A DNA stretch of 64,000 nt, taken from NCBI GenBank assembly GCA_964407215.1, contig CAYOUT010000016.1, forward strand, positions 4,473 through 68,472, read 5' to 3'. The notes under the pieces were generated by a model. That model was not told the DNA's origin, did no database searches, and saw nothing but the letters and a program-made list of their open reading frames with translations. Below, in pieces: positions 19,290 to 28,250 of the stretch. A program made the translations under genes and the position numbers. The DNA is from an uncultured Anaerolineales bacterium (GTDB lineage Bacteria; Chloroflexota; Anaerolineae; UBA1429). Numbering within the stretch: the first letter of the stretch is position 1; every line of letters begins with the position of its first letter.

Positions 19290-20291
19290 ATGTTCGGCAA
19301 GCAGATTGGCATCGACCTGGGCACGGTCAACGTCATCGTTTACGTTCACGGGAAGGGGATCGTCCTCAACGAGCCATCTGTCGTTGCCATTTCGCTGGTG
19401 GATAACCGCATCCTGGCTGTGGGTAACGAGGCCCACGCCATGCTGGGGCGCACCCCGGAGACCATCGAGGTGTCGCGCCCCATGCGCGACGGTGTGATCG
19501 CCGACTATGTGGTGACGGAGGCGATGCTGCGCTACTTTATCTCCAAGCTGTGCGGCCGCCTGGAGCGGCGGCCGGAGGTGATGCTCAGCGTGCCCGTAGG
19601 GGTCACCAGTGTAGAGAGCCGGGCCGTGCGAGACGCCGCCATCCAGGCCGGCGCTCGGATGGCTCACCTCATCCCCGAGCCCCTGGCAGCCGCCTTGGGC
19701 GCCAACATGCCCATCGGCACGCCCACCGGCAACATGATCGTAAACATCGGCGGGGGCGCTAGCGAGGCGGCCGTGATCTCGATGTACGGCGTGGTGGTGT
19801 CCAGTTCGGTGCGCGTGGCCGGCGAAAAGCTGGATGCGGCCATCGCTGGGTACATCCGGCGCAAGTACAACCTGATGGTGGGCGACCAGACGGCTGAGCA
19901 GATCAAGATCGAGATCGGCAGCGCCCTCCCGCTCGAGGATTCGCTCACTATGGAGGTGCGCGGGCGCGATCAGGTGGCCGGCTTGCCGCGAGTGATCACC
20001 GTCACATCCGCCGAAGTCACCGACGCCATGGCGGAGCCGTTGACGACTATTGCATCCACCGTGCGTTCCGTGCTGGAAAAGACGCCCCCGGAGCTGGCCT
20101 CCGACATCATCGACCGCGGCATGGTCGTATCCGGCGGGGGAGCCCTCCTCCGCAACATCGACCGCTACCTCACCGATGAGACCGGCGTGCCCTGCCACGT
20201 CGCGGAAAGCCCGCTCCTCTGCACCGCACTCGGCGCGGGCGGTGGGCTCGAGCACTTGCCCCTCATCCGACGCGCCGTCGAGACGACCTAG
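19290..20291 (+). CDS. mreB: Rod shape-determining protein MreB
   Basis: [19 protein letters not shown]…, an actin-like ATPase. RBS caGGAGGa precedes it, with a TGtGCTAAAAT extended -10 upstream at ~19238-19250. No mreC/mreD follows. Confidence 0.95.
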   Translation: MFGKQIGIDLGTVNVIVYVHGKGIVLNEPSVVAISLVDNRILAVGNEAHAMLGRTPETIEVSRPMRDGVIADYVVTEAMLRYFISKLCGRLERRPEVMLSVPVGVTSVESRAVRDAAIQAGARMAHLIPEPLAAALGANMPIGTPTGNMIVNIGGGASEAAVISMYGVVVSSSVRVAGEKLDAAIAGYIRRKYNLMVGDQTAEQIKIEIGSALPLEDSLTMEVRGRDQVAGLPRVITVTSAEVTDAMAEPLTTIASTVRSVLEKTPPELASDIIDRGMVVSGGGALLRNIDRYLTDETGVPCHVAESPLLCTALGAGGGLEHLPLIRRAVETT

Positions 20292-20397
20292 CGGCCGCAC
20301 ACCTCCCGCGCTCTTGCGCGCCCCGCCAGAGGGGTCCCAACATGCGGGCGCCCTCGGCGCCGCGTTACGAAGGGCTGCCGCACCAGCCAGCGACCTC

Positions 20398-20426
20398 TTG
20401 ACAAGGACCGGCGCTCATGGTATTTT
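20398..20426 (+). promoter_or_regulatory. Sigma-70-like promoter TTGACA-17-TATTTT
   Basis: Consensus -35 at 20398-20403 and -10 at 20421-26. GGAGGG RBS and ATG at 20463 follow. Confidence 0.45.
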
Positions 20427-20462
20427 ACGGTCAAGTTGCTGCGCCATGTGGAGGGATCTCTG

Positions 20463-21410
20463 ATGACTGGACGCCAGTTGGACCTCTTCTCAGGCGATAA
20501 CGCGCCGTGGCTAGGGCCACCGCCCAAGCCACCCGTGACTTCTGCCACCCCTCTCGCTGCCGCCATCGGCCCCTTTAGGCAGTATATGCTGGAGCGCGAG
20601 TTCGCCACGAACACCATCAACTCGTTTCTAAACGATCTCTCGCTTTACATGAGGTACGTCGGGCCGGATTCGCTGCTGAAGGATCACAGCACTCACACGC
20701 TGGAGGGGTTCATCCAGTACCTGACGGCGGACCGTGGGGCGCCCTGTTCGCCCAAGTCGCTCGGGCGCCGCATCACCACACTCAAGGTGTTCTACGGATG
20801 GCTGGCGAGCCACGGCATCCTGCAGAGCGACCCGGCCGCGCCCCTCATCCATCGTTCGGTGAACGCCACCATGCCACAAGTGCTGACCGATGAGCAGGTG
20901 GAGAAACTCCTCGCGTTGACACAGAGCCTGCGCGATGCCCCGGAGGCCCCCGACGCTCGCCCACACCTGTTGATCACCCTGTTGCTGGGCACCGCCATAA
21001 AAAAGGCAGAGTGTATGCGGATCTTGCTGAGGCAAATCAATGTGGGAGACCCGGGGGCGGCTTCGGTGTACATCCACTACGATAAGCCGCGACAACGTCA
21101 CAAATCGAGGCAGTTGCAGCTGCCGAGCGACTTTGCCGAGACGCTAAAGCTGTATCTGCGGCGCTACCAACCGAGAGAGAGGCTGTTCGAATGCACGCCG
21201 CGCAATTTGGAGTACGTGCTGCACTCGGTCTCGGAGCTGGCGAATCTGCCGATGAGCCTCACGTTCGAGATGCTGCGATACACCTCTGCCACCAGAAGCT
21301 TGCGCCGGGGGATAGATCCCGAGCACCTTCGCTTGCGGATGGGGCTGTCGAGCATCTCGTGGCGCGACACATACCCCCTTTTACAAAAGCTGGCGCAAGG
21401 CCCCCTGTAG
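20463..21410 (+). CDS. Tyrosine-recombinase (XerC/XerD/integrase)-like protein with degenerate catalytic residues
   Basis: N-terminal SAM-like core-binding domain (…TNTINSFLNDLSLYMRYVG…). The C-terminal catalytic-domain alignment to XerD is recognisable, but box I GLRxSEL reads AIKKAEC, HxLRH reads EMLRY and LLGH…YTH reads RMGL…DTYPL. Start is chosen at MTGRQ after a GGAGGG RBS; the ORF itself begins at 20436. Confidence 0.6.
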   Translation: MTGRQLDLFSGDNAPWLGPPPKPPVTSATPLAAAIGPFRQYMLEREFATNTINSFLNDLSLYMRYVGPDSLLKDHSTHTLEGFIQYLTADRGAPCSPKSLGRRITTLKVFYGWLASHGILQSDPAAPLIHRSVNATMPQVLTDEQVEKLLALTQSLRDAPEAPDARPHLLITLLLGTAIKKAECMRILLRQINVGDPGAASVYIHYDKPRQRHKSRQLQLPSDFAETLKLYLRRYQPRERLFECTPRNLEYVLHSVSELANLPMSLTFEMLRYTSATRSLRRGIDPEHLRLRMGLSSISWRDTYPLLQKLAQGPL

Positions 21411-21424
21411 AGCCGAGCCACCGC

Positions 21425-22066
21425 TTACGCCGGGCCCTCGGGGTCGGTGTCGAGCTCATAGGCACCCACCCAAGCCTCCGCCTGAGCCAGGTCCTCCGGC
21501 GTGTTGATGTTGAAAAAGGAGCGCCCGAGAGGGTCGTAGCGATCCAGGTCGACCGGCGGCACATGGCGCACGCACAGCTCTCTGTAGAATCGGATCACGC
21601 GACCGCGCCCCTCGTCCAGCGTGCGCAAGATAGCGGGCAGGCAGCGCCTGTGGTACAGCGCGTGGAGGGGCTCCAGCCCCACGGGCCTGTCTGGCACCAC
21701 GATGTCGTAGCCCTCGGTGAGGGTGGCCATGTAGGCCAAGAGGTCCGCGTTCAGGAAGGGCATGTCGCAAGCCGCCACAATGGCCCAATCGTGGCGCGCG
21801 GCCTGTAGGCCGGCGGCCATGCCGGCCAGCACCCCGGAATGCGGAGCCAGATCTTGGGTGATGCGTGCGCCCTGCGCGTCGAGCTCCTGGCCGGGCCGCC
21901 TGACCACGATGACATCGTCGCTGACTTGCGCCAGGCGCGAGACGGCCCGTTGCGCCAGGGCCACTCCGCCGAGCTCGAGGCTGGCCTTGTCGGCCCCCAG
22001 GCGCTCACCACGGCCGCCGGCGAGGAGCACTGCGCTGAGCCTCGGGGCACCCCTGTTGTTGCTCAT
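21425..22066 (-). CDS. mobA: Molybdenum cofactor guanylyltransferase
   Basis: LSAVLLAGGRGERLG…DVIVV…, MobA-family NTP-transferase fold. Start is at MSNNRG. Confidence 0.85.
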   Translation of the reverse strand: MSNNRGAPRLSAVLLAGGRGERLGADKASLELGGVALAQRAVSRLAQVSDDVIVVRRPGQELDAQGARITQDLAPHSGVLAGMAAGLQAARHDWAIVAACDMPFLNADLLAYMATLTEGYDIVVPDRPVGLEPLHALYHRRCLPAILRTLDEGRGRVIRFYRELCVRHVPPVDLDRYDPLGRSFFNINTPEDLAQAEAWVGAYELDTDPEGPA

Positions 22067-22152
22067 TCCTCTTCGTAGCTCCGTACACAGAACGACCCGC
22101 GACACAGGCTCGTGTCAGCGGGTTGGTTTCGCCAGGGCGACGCCCGTTTTCG

Positions 22153-23025
22153 CTAGTCGTCCTCTGGCAAGTAGCACAAGCCCACGGTGCCGGGGCCGCT
22201 GTGCACGGTGAGGGCCGGGCACAGTTCGCACATCAACGTCTCCACCGGCTCCACGACCCTCTCGACGAGCTCACAGAGGTGCTGTGCGACCTCGGCAGCG
22301 GCCGCGTGCGTCAACGCCAGGCGGATGCGCCTGCCGAGGCCCACATCTCGGACCAGCAAGTCCGTCATACGGCGGTAGGCCGTCTCGCGCGAGCGCGCCA
22401 CCCCCACGGTAGAGATGATGCCCTCATCCATGCTCACTATGGGCTTGATCCTAAGGAGCGAGCCGACCAGGTGCGCCGCGCGCCCGATCCGCCCTCCCAG
22501 ATAAAGGTACTGCAGAGTATCCGCCGTCTGTAACATGTGCGCCTTGGGCACCAGGCGGTGAGCCAACGCCACAAGCTCGGCCAGATTGGCCCCCTCGCAG
22601 GCGGCTCGCGCACACTGCAACGCGATCCACCCGTGCGCCATCGCTACGTTGCGCGTGTCGATGACAGCGATCTCGACATCGCGCAACGTCTCTAGCGCCA
22701 TCTCTTTGGCGACGGACGCAGCCTGGTAGGCCCCACTGCCGTCCGACGTCATGTGAATGGAGAGGATCTCACGCGCCCACTGCGCGGCCTCCGAGTAGGC
22801 CCGGAGGTAGTCGCCGGGGCCGGGGCTCGCAGTTTTCGGCATCTGCGTCCTATCCGTCAGCTCGAGGAGATACGCGTTGAACTCGGGCGGCCCAATATCT
22901 ACCAGATCGCGGGCAACCCGATCCCCCATATGAACATAGTAGGGCACCATGGTGATCTGGTAGCGTTCGTACATCGCACCAGGCAGACTCGTCGTACTAT
23001 CGGTAACAACGGCAACTTGGGCCAT
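22153..23025 (-). CDS. DegV family fatty-acid-binding protein
   Basis: MAQVAVVTDSTTSLP… plus a DegV/EDD fold signature. Start is chosen at MAQV (k=9 of ORF 22153..23052). Confidence 0.85.
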   Translation of the reverse strand: MAQVAVVTDSTTSLPGAMYERYQITMVPYYVHMGDRVARDLVDIGPPEFNAYLLELTDRTQMPKTASPGPGDYLRAYSEAAQWAREILSIHMTSDGSGAYQAASVAKEMALETLRDVEIAVIDTRNVAMAHGWIALQCARAACEGANLAELVALAHRLVPKAHMLQTADTLQYLYLGGRIGRAAHLVGSLLRIKPIVSMDEGIISTVGVARSRETAYRRMTDLLVRDVGLGRRIRLALTHAAAAEVAQHLCELVERVVEPVETLMCELCPALTVHSGPGTVGLCYLPEDD

Positions 23026-23118
23026 TGCGAGCTCCTGTTCGCGCCGTTCCATTTTTGAACATCGCTCGGCTCACCGTACCCTCACGCCCCATCGGCGCCG
23101 CCCGCACACACTATGCGG

Positions 23119-23346
23119 CTACTGGGCCTCCAGATAGGTTACCGCGTCGCCCACGGTGGCGATCCCCTGCGCATCCTCATCCGAGATCGATCCCCCGAAC
23201 TCTTCCTCAAAGGCCATGATGAGCTCAACAAGGTCGAGCGAGTCGGCCTCCAAATCCTCTCGGAAGCGGGCTTCTTTGACAACCTTGCTGTCATCGACGC
23301 CGAGTTGCTCCATCACGATCTTTTTCACGCGCTCAAAGGTATCCAT
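23119..23346 (-). CDS. acpP: Acyl carrier protein
   Basis: [18 protein letters not shown]…[20 protein letters not shown] with the DSLD phosphopantetheine site. AGGAGG RBS is present. Confidence 0.9.
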   Translation of the reverse strand: MDTFERVKKIVMEQLGVDDSKVVKEARFREDLEADSLDLVELIMAFEEEFGGSISDEDAQGIATVGDAVTYLEAQ

Positions 23347-23393
23347 GGTTCCTCCTGTGTTGAGTCTGAGGGGCCTGCCAAAAGGCCACATCG

Positions 23394-23404
23394 ATTATAC
23401 CACC
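23394..23404 (-). promoter_or_regulatory. Extended -10 (TGgTATAAT) promoter for acpP
   Basis: The reverse complement of 23391-23404 reads ggTGGTATAATcg, ~45 nt upstream of the acpP ATG. Confidence 0.4.
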
Positions 23405-23506
23405 TGCCGTGCCATCCACACAACGCCGCACAAGCCGCGCCCCTCGTAGACAAACACAGAACACCCGCGCCCCGCAAAGGTTACGCTGAGGGGGCACATC
23501 GGATCC

Positions 23507-23535
23507 TTGACAGCGGCCGAGGCCATGCGTAGACT
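23507..23535 (+). promoter_or_regulatory. Sigma-70-like promoter TTGACA-17-TAGACT for fni-idsA
   Basis: -35 at 23507-12 and -10 at 23530-35. The fni ATG is at 23566. Confidence 0.45.
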
Positions 23536-23565
23536 CCACGGCACGCAGTTTCGCCAGGGGGTGGT

Positions 23566-24582
23566 GTGCACAACGACAGAAAACGCGAGCATCTCGAGAT
23601 CTGCCTGACGCGTAACGTTCGCTCACAGGGCGCAACCGGTTTGGAGTGCCTTCGCCTGACGCACCAGGCCCTGCCCGAGATGGCGCTGGCCGACGTAAAC
23701 ACCGAGACCGAGTTCCTCGGGCACCGGCTGCGTGCACCGATTCTGATCTCGGCCATGACGGGCGGCACCGATCGTGCGCAAAGTATCAACCGGCGGCTGG
23801 CACGGGCGGCGCAGGCGTTCGGCCTGGCCATGGGCCTCGGCTCGCAGCGTGCATCGCTGGAGAGCCCCGAGCTGTTGGGCACCTACCAGGTGCGAGACGT
23901 GGCGCCCGATATCCTGCTCTTTGCCAACTTGGGCGCCGTTCAGCTAAACTATGGCTACGGCCCGGATGATTGCCTGCGCGCGGTGGAGGACGTCCAGGCC
24001 GATGCTTTGGTGTTACACCTCAACCCGCTCCAAGAGGCGCTGCAGCCGGAGGGTAACTCTGACTTTCGAGGGTTGGCGGACAAGATCGCCCGGGTCTGTC
24101 GCGAGCTGCCCGTGCCCGTCATCGTCAAAGAGGTGGGATGGGGCCTATCGGCTCAGGCGGCGCGCACCCTGTGCGATGCGGGCGTGGCGGCCCTGGACGT
24201 CGCCGGCGCGGGAGGCACCTCCTGGAGCGAGGTGGAGCGGCACCGCAGCGCCTCGGCTGTGGAGGCCGAGGTCTCGGTGGCGTTCGCGAATTGGGGCTGG
24301 CCCACCGTCGAGACGCTCGACACGGTGCGCCGGGCGTGCCCCAAGCACCCCCTGATAGCCAGCGGAGGCGTGCGAGACGGCGTCGAGGCCGCCATCTGTT
24401 TGGCCCTCGGCGCCAACTTGGTGGGGATGGCCCACCCCTTGTTGCTCCCTGCCACAGAGTCTCAAGAGGCTACCACGGAGGCCTTGAGCATTGTGCTGGG
24501 GCAGCTGCGTACGGCGATGTTTTGCACCGGCGCGCGCACCCTCACCGACCTGGATACGTCGCATCTCACCGTTAGGAGCTGA
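23566..24582 (+). CDS. fni: Isopentenyl-diphosphate delta-isomerase, type 2 (FMN-dependent)
   Basis: [14 protein letters not shown]…ISAMTGG…VIVKEVGWG…ASGGVRDG, characteristic of IDI-2. Confidence 0.9.
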   Translation: MHNDRKREHLEICLTRNVRSQGATGLECLRLTHQALPEMALADVNTETEFLGHRLRAPILISAMTGGTDRAQSINRRLARAAQAFGLAMGLGSQRASLESPELLGTYQVRDVAPDILLFANLGAVQLNYGYGPDDCLRAVEDVQADALVLHLNPLQEALQPEGNSDFRGLADKIARVCRELPVPVIVKEVGWGLSAQAARTLCDAGVAALDVAGAGGTSWSEVERHRSASAVEAEVSVAFANWGWPTVETLDTVRRACPKHPLIASGGVRDGVEAAICLALGANLVGMAHPLLLPATESQEATTEALSIVLGQLRTAMFCTGARTLTDLDTSHLTVRS

Positions 24583-24591
24583 CCACACGCC

Positions 24592-25620
24592 ATGCATCAG
24601 GAGTTGAGCCCGTATCTATCCGCCATCGAAGAGACGCTGAGCGACTGCCTGCGATCCACCGATGAGTCGGTGCTGCCCCTGTACCAGATGATGCGCTACC
24701 ACATGGGATGGCTCGGCGCGGATTTCACGCCGCAGCGCGCGCCGCAAGGGAAGCGGCTGCGCCCCCTGTTGTGCGTCCTGGCCTGTGAGGCGGCGGGCGG
24801 TAACTGGCGCAGGGCGCTCCCGGCGGCCACATCTGTCGAGCTGGTGCACAACTTTTCCCTGATCCACGACGACATCGAGGACCGAAGCGACGCCCGCAGG
24901 CATCGCCCCACGCTGTGGAGCCTGTGGGGAGAGGCGCAGGGCATCAACACCGGCGACGCCATGTGGACCGTGGCGCGTCTCGCACTGCTGCAGCTGGCGG
25001 ATGGCGGGTACCCCGCGGATGTGGTGCTCGCGGCTGTGCGCTTGGTGGAGACGGCCTGCCTGAACCTGTGCGCAGGCCAGTACCTGGATATCCACTTTGA
25101 GACCGTCGAAAGCGTCAGCCTGGACGAGTATATGCGCATGATTTCGGGCAAAACCGCGGCCCTCATGGCGGCGTCGGTGGCCACGGGAGCGCTTTTGGCC
25201 GGCGCCGACGCGACGCTCCTCGAGCGAATGCGCCTGTGCGGGCACGAGCTGGGCCTCACCTTCCAGATGGTTGATGATCTGCTGGGCATCTGGGGCGACC
25301 CGGCCACTACGGGCAAATCGGCCGCTACGGACCTCCTCACAAAAAAGAAGACGCTGCCGGTGCTGTACGCCCTCGAGTGGGAGCGCGAACACGGACTGAG
25401 CGATCTCGCGCTGTACTACAAGCAGCCAACCATCACCCCAGACGACCTGCCGGGCATGCTGCAACTCTTGAACCGGGCCGGCGCACAGCAGGAAGTGCAG
25501 CGTCGCACCGAGCAGCACTTGAGCGCCACGCTGGCCCACCTGCGCGCAACACAGCTCGACCACCGCGCGTGTCGCACGTTGGAGGACCTGGCCGTCGCGC
25601 TGCTCGAACGCACCTCCTGA
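24592..25620 (+). CDS. idsA: Polyprenyl diphosphate synthase (GGPP/long-chain trans-prenyltransferase family)
   Basis: First DDxxD LIHDDIEDRSDARR and second FQMVDDLLGIWGD aspartate-rich motifs. It lies 10 nt after fni. Confidence 0.9.
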   Translation: MHQELSPYLSAIEETLSDCLRSTDESVLPLYQMMRYHMGWLGADFTPQRAPQGKRLRPLLCVLACEAAGGNWRRALPAATSVELVHNFSLIHDDIEDRSDARRHRPTLWSLWGEAQGINTGDAMWTVARLALLQLADGGYPADVVLAAVRLVETACLNLCAGQYLDIHFETVESVSLDEYMRMISGKTAALMAASVATGALLAGADATLLERMRLCGHELGLTFQMVDDLLGIWGDPATTGKSAATDLLTKKKTLPVLYALEWEREHGLSDLALYYKQPTITPDDLPGMLQLLNRAGAQQEVQRRTEQHLSATLAHLRATQLDHRACRTLEDLAVALLERTS

Positions 25621-25703
25621 GCGGGGAACAAGAGGCTGCCGCCGTACGTCCTAGGTGTATCGGCCAAGCCCACTGACGTCCGTACAAGGGATGGATTCTA
25701 CGC

Positions 25704-28250
25704 ATGCTAGGGCATACAGGTAAGCGTCGCTACGGGTTGCCCATCGTCGCCCTGTGCCTGATCCTGGGCGTTGTGGCGTGTGCCCGCTATCTGGGGCCTC
25801 TACCGTCTCGGCAGGCCATCTACGCGAGCACCAACTCGCCCTCCAGCACGATCCTGGATCAGCAAGGGCGGCTGCTATACGAAGTCATCGACCCTCACGC
25901 GGGGGCCCATCGTCCGCTCCAGCTGGACGAAATCCCGCTGGAGCTGCGTCAGGCTGTCGTGGCCACAGAGGACGCGTCCTTTTACCGGAACACCGGCGTC
26001 GACGTTGTGGCCGTGGTGCGGGCGCTTTGGGCCAACCTCCGTAGCGGGCGCATAGTCTCGGGCGGCAGTACCATCACCCAGCAAGTAGCCCGCAACCTTT
26101 TGCTGAGCGAGGGCGAGCGCTACGAGCAGTCGTTGCGGCGCAAAACGCGCGAGGCGGTGCTGGCTCTCTGGCTCACATGGCGCCTGGATAAAAACGAGAT
26201 CCTCACGCTGTACCTCAACGAGACCTACTTTGGCAACCTGGCTTACGGTGTTGAGGCGGCGTCGCGAGCCTATTTCGGCAAGCCGGTGGGGCAACTCGAT
26301 CTGGCCGAGTGTGCGCTGCTGGCGGGCCTGCCCCAGGCCCCGAGCGCCTACAATCCGCTCACCCACCCCGACGCTGCCAAAGCGCGGCAGCGCGTCGTGC
26401 TGAACTTGATGGTGCGATCGGGCGCCATCTCGCATCAGCGGGCGGAGATGGCCTACAACGAGCCGCTGCGGTTCGCCAGCGAGCCGTACAGTATCGAGGC
26501 GCCACACGCCGTGATGCTCGTCCGCGAGGTGCTGGGGCGCGAATTGGGCGAGGAGGTGATTCGCCGGGGCGGCTTGCGTGTGACCACCACGCTGGACCTG
26601 GGCCTGCAGCGTGCCGCGGAGGACCAAGTGCGGCGGCACCTCGCCGCGTTGAACACGCCCAGCGGCGCCGGGCGCGCCGGCAGGCCCACAACGCACCAAC
26701 CGGGGCACAATGTGCACAACGCCGCAGCCGTGGTGCTGGATCCGTACACCGGTGCGGTGCGCGCCATGGTGGGCAGCCCGGATTATTTTCGGGCGGAGAA
26801 CAATGGCGCCGTGAACGCGGCGTTGGCGCTACGGCAGCCGGGCTCGTCGGTAAAGCCCATCACCTACGCCGCGGCCTTTGCGGCCGGTTTCTCGCCCGCC
26901 AGCATGTTCGCCGATGTGCGCACGGCGTTCGTGACACGAGAGGGCACGCCGTATGTGCCGGTGAACTATGACTATCGCTACCACGGGCCGGTGCTCCTGC
27001 GCCAAGCGCTAGCATCGTCCTATAACGTGGTGGCCGTCCAGTTGCTCGAGCGCATCGGCTTGGAGAGTTTTGTGGCGACGGCACAGCGGCTGGGCATCAC
27101 GTCGCTGGGCGATGCCGAGCGCTACGGGCTGGCACTGACGCTGGGCAGCGGCGAGGTGAGCCTGTTGGAGCTCACCGCCGCTTATGGGGCGTTCGCCAAC
27201 GGCGGGCACCGCGTCACGCCCTATCTCATCGAGCGCGTGGAGGATCGGCAGGGCAACCTGCTCTACCAGGCGCCCCAGGCGGCCCCCGAACGCGTGCTGG
27301 ACGAGCGTATCGCCTACCTGATCACCGACGTCCTATCGGACAAGCGGGCGCGCGCCCCGGCGTTCGGTGCGGGCAGCCCGCTGGACCTTCCCTTTCCGGC
27401 GGCCGTCAAGACGGGCACCACCACCGAGTGGCGCGACAACTGGACGGTGGGGTATTCCACTGAGGCGGTGGTGGGGATCTGGGTGGGCAACGCCAACAAC
27501 GAGCCGATGGAGCGCGTCTCGGGGGTGAGCGGCGCGGCCCCCATATGGAATGGCATTATGCGCGCGGCTCACATCAGGCGCCCCGCTCCGTTCGCTCGGC
27601 CCGCGGGCTTGGTAGAGCGAGAGGTGTGCGCCGTGTCGGGGCTGCTGCCCGGGCCAGCCTGCACGCATCGCCGACGCGAGCTGTTCCTGGCCGAGGCTGT
27701 GCCCACCCGCGCGTGCGGCATGCACCGTTTGTTGGAGGTGGACCTGGCCAACGGCGAGCCCGTGAGCCCGGATACGCCGTCGGAGCGCCGTGGCCTGCGG
27801 GCCATCACCGTGTGGCCGCAAGAGCTGGCCGCCTGGGCACAGGAACAGGGGTTGGCCGCCGCTCCGCTCGCGTTAGCGGCCCTGGCGGCGCCCCAGACGC
27901 AGCCCCAGGGGGCGGGCGAGTTGCCTGCGGAGCCGAGTTTGCGTATTGTAAGCCCAGACCCCAACAGTCGTTACGCGCTGGCCGCCAACATCCCGCGCGA
28001 GCACCAACGCGTCGAAGTAGCGGTATCGGCGCCCGCGAGCCTGGGGCAGGGCGAGTGTACGCTGTGGGTGGACGGCCAACCTTGGCATCGTTGGCAGGCC
28101 CCCCCCTATCGTGTTTTTTGGCCTCTGGTCCCCGGCGAGCACGAGTTCCGGGCGGAGGTCTTGATGGAGGATTCGATCGCGGTACGCAGCGCCCCCGTGC
28201 GCATTTTTGTGGTGACCGCCGAGGAGGCGGAGAAAGGGACCGTGCCATGA
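25704..28250 (+). CDS. Class A penicillin-binding protein (PBP1C-like transglycosylase/transpeptidase)
   Basis: GT51 motifs ATEDASFYRNTGVD, GGSTITQQVARN. Transpeptidase module and a C-terminal extension. The stop overlaps the start of the downstream A2M gene (ATGA). Confidence 0.85.
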   Translation: MLGHTGKRRYGLPIVALCLILGVVACARYLGPLPSRQAIYASTNSPSSTILDQQGRLLYEVIDPHAGAHRPLQLDEIPLELRQAVVATEDASFYRNTGVDVVAVVRALWANLRSGRIVSGGSTITQQVARNLLLSEGERYEQSLRRKTREAVLALWLTWRLDKNEILTLYLNETYFGNLAYGVEAASRAYFGKPVGQLDLAECALLAGLPQAPSAYNPLTHPDAAKARQRVVLNLMVRSGAISHQRAEMAYNEPLRFASEPYSIEAPHAVMLVREVLGRELGEEVIRRGGLRVTTTLDLGLQRAAEDQVRRHLAALNTPSGAGRAGRPTTHQPGHNVHNAAAVVLDPYTGAVRAMVGSPDYFRAENNGAVNAALALRQPGSSVKPITYAAAFAAGFSPASMFADVRTAFVTREGTPYVPVNYDYRYHGPVLLRQALASSYNVVAVQLLERIGLESFVATAQRLGITSLGDAERYGLALTLGSGEVSLLELTAAYGAFANGGHRVTPYLIERVEDRQGNLLYQAPQAAPERVLDERIAYLITDVLSDKRARAPAFGAGSPLDLPFPAAVKTGTTTEWRDNWTVGYSTEAVVGIWVGNANNEPMERVSGVSGAAPIWNGIMRAAHIRRPAPFARPAGLVEREVCAVSGLLPGPACTHRRRELFLAEAVPTRACGMHRLLEVDLANGEPVSPDTPSERRGLRAITVWPQELAAWAQEQGLAAAPLALAALAAPQTQPQGAGELPAEPSLRIVSPDPNSRYALAANIPREHQRVEVAVSAPASLGQGECTLWVDGQPWHRWQAPPYRVFWPLVPGEHEFRAEVLMEDSIAVRSAPVRIFVVTAEEAEKGTVP

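Noticed and set aside
20463-21410. Prophage integrase marking an integrated element
   Set aside because: The flanks are core genes (mreB, mobA) on both sides within 150 nt, with no phage, IS or att context. The catalytic residues are degenerate. It is treated as a recombinase-like host protein instead.
22067-22152. Small hairpin GACAC-aggctc-GTGTC between DegV and mobA as a terminator
   Set aside because: It has only a 5-bp stem with no U-tract on the relevant strand. It is too weak to call; the two genes are more likely co-transcribed.
27545-28246. Upstream 234 codons of the 2195-aa ORF (A2M gene) overlapping the PBP gene
   Set aside because: It would overlap 700 nt of the well-supported PBP in another frame. 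A lipoprotein signal peptide (MRGFTRSMAIATLLALLLVALAAC) begins exactly at the PBP stop (ATGA overlap).
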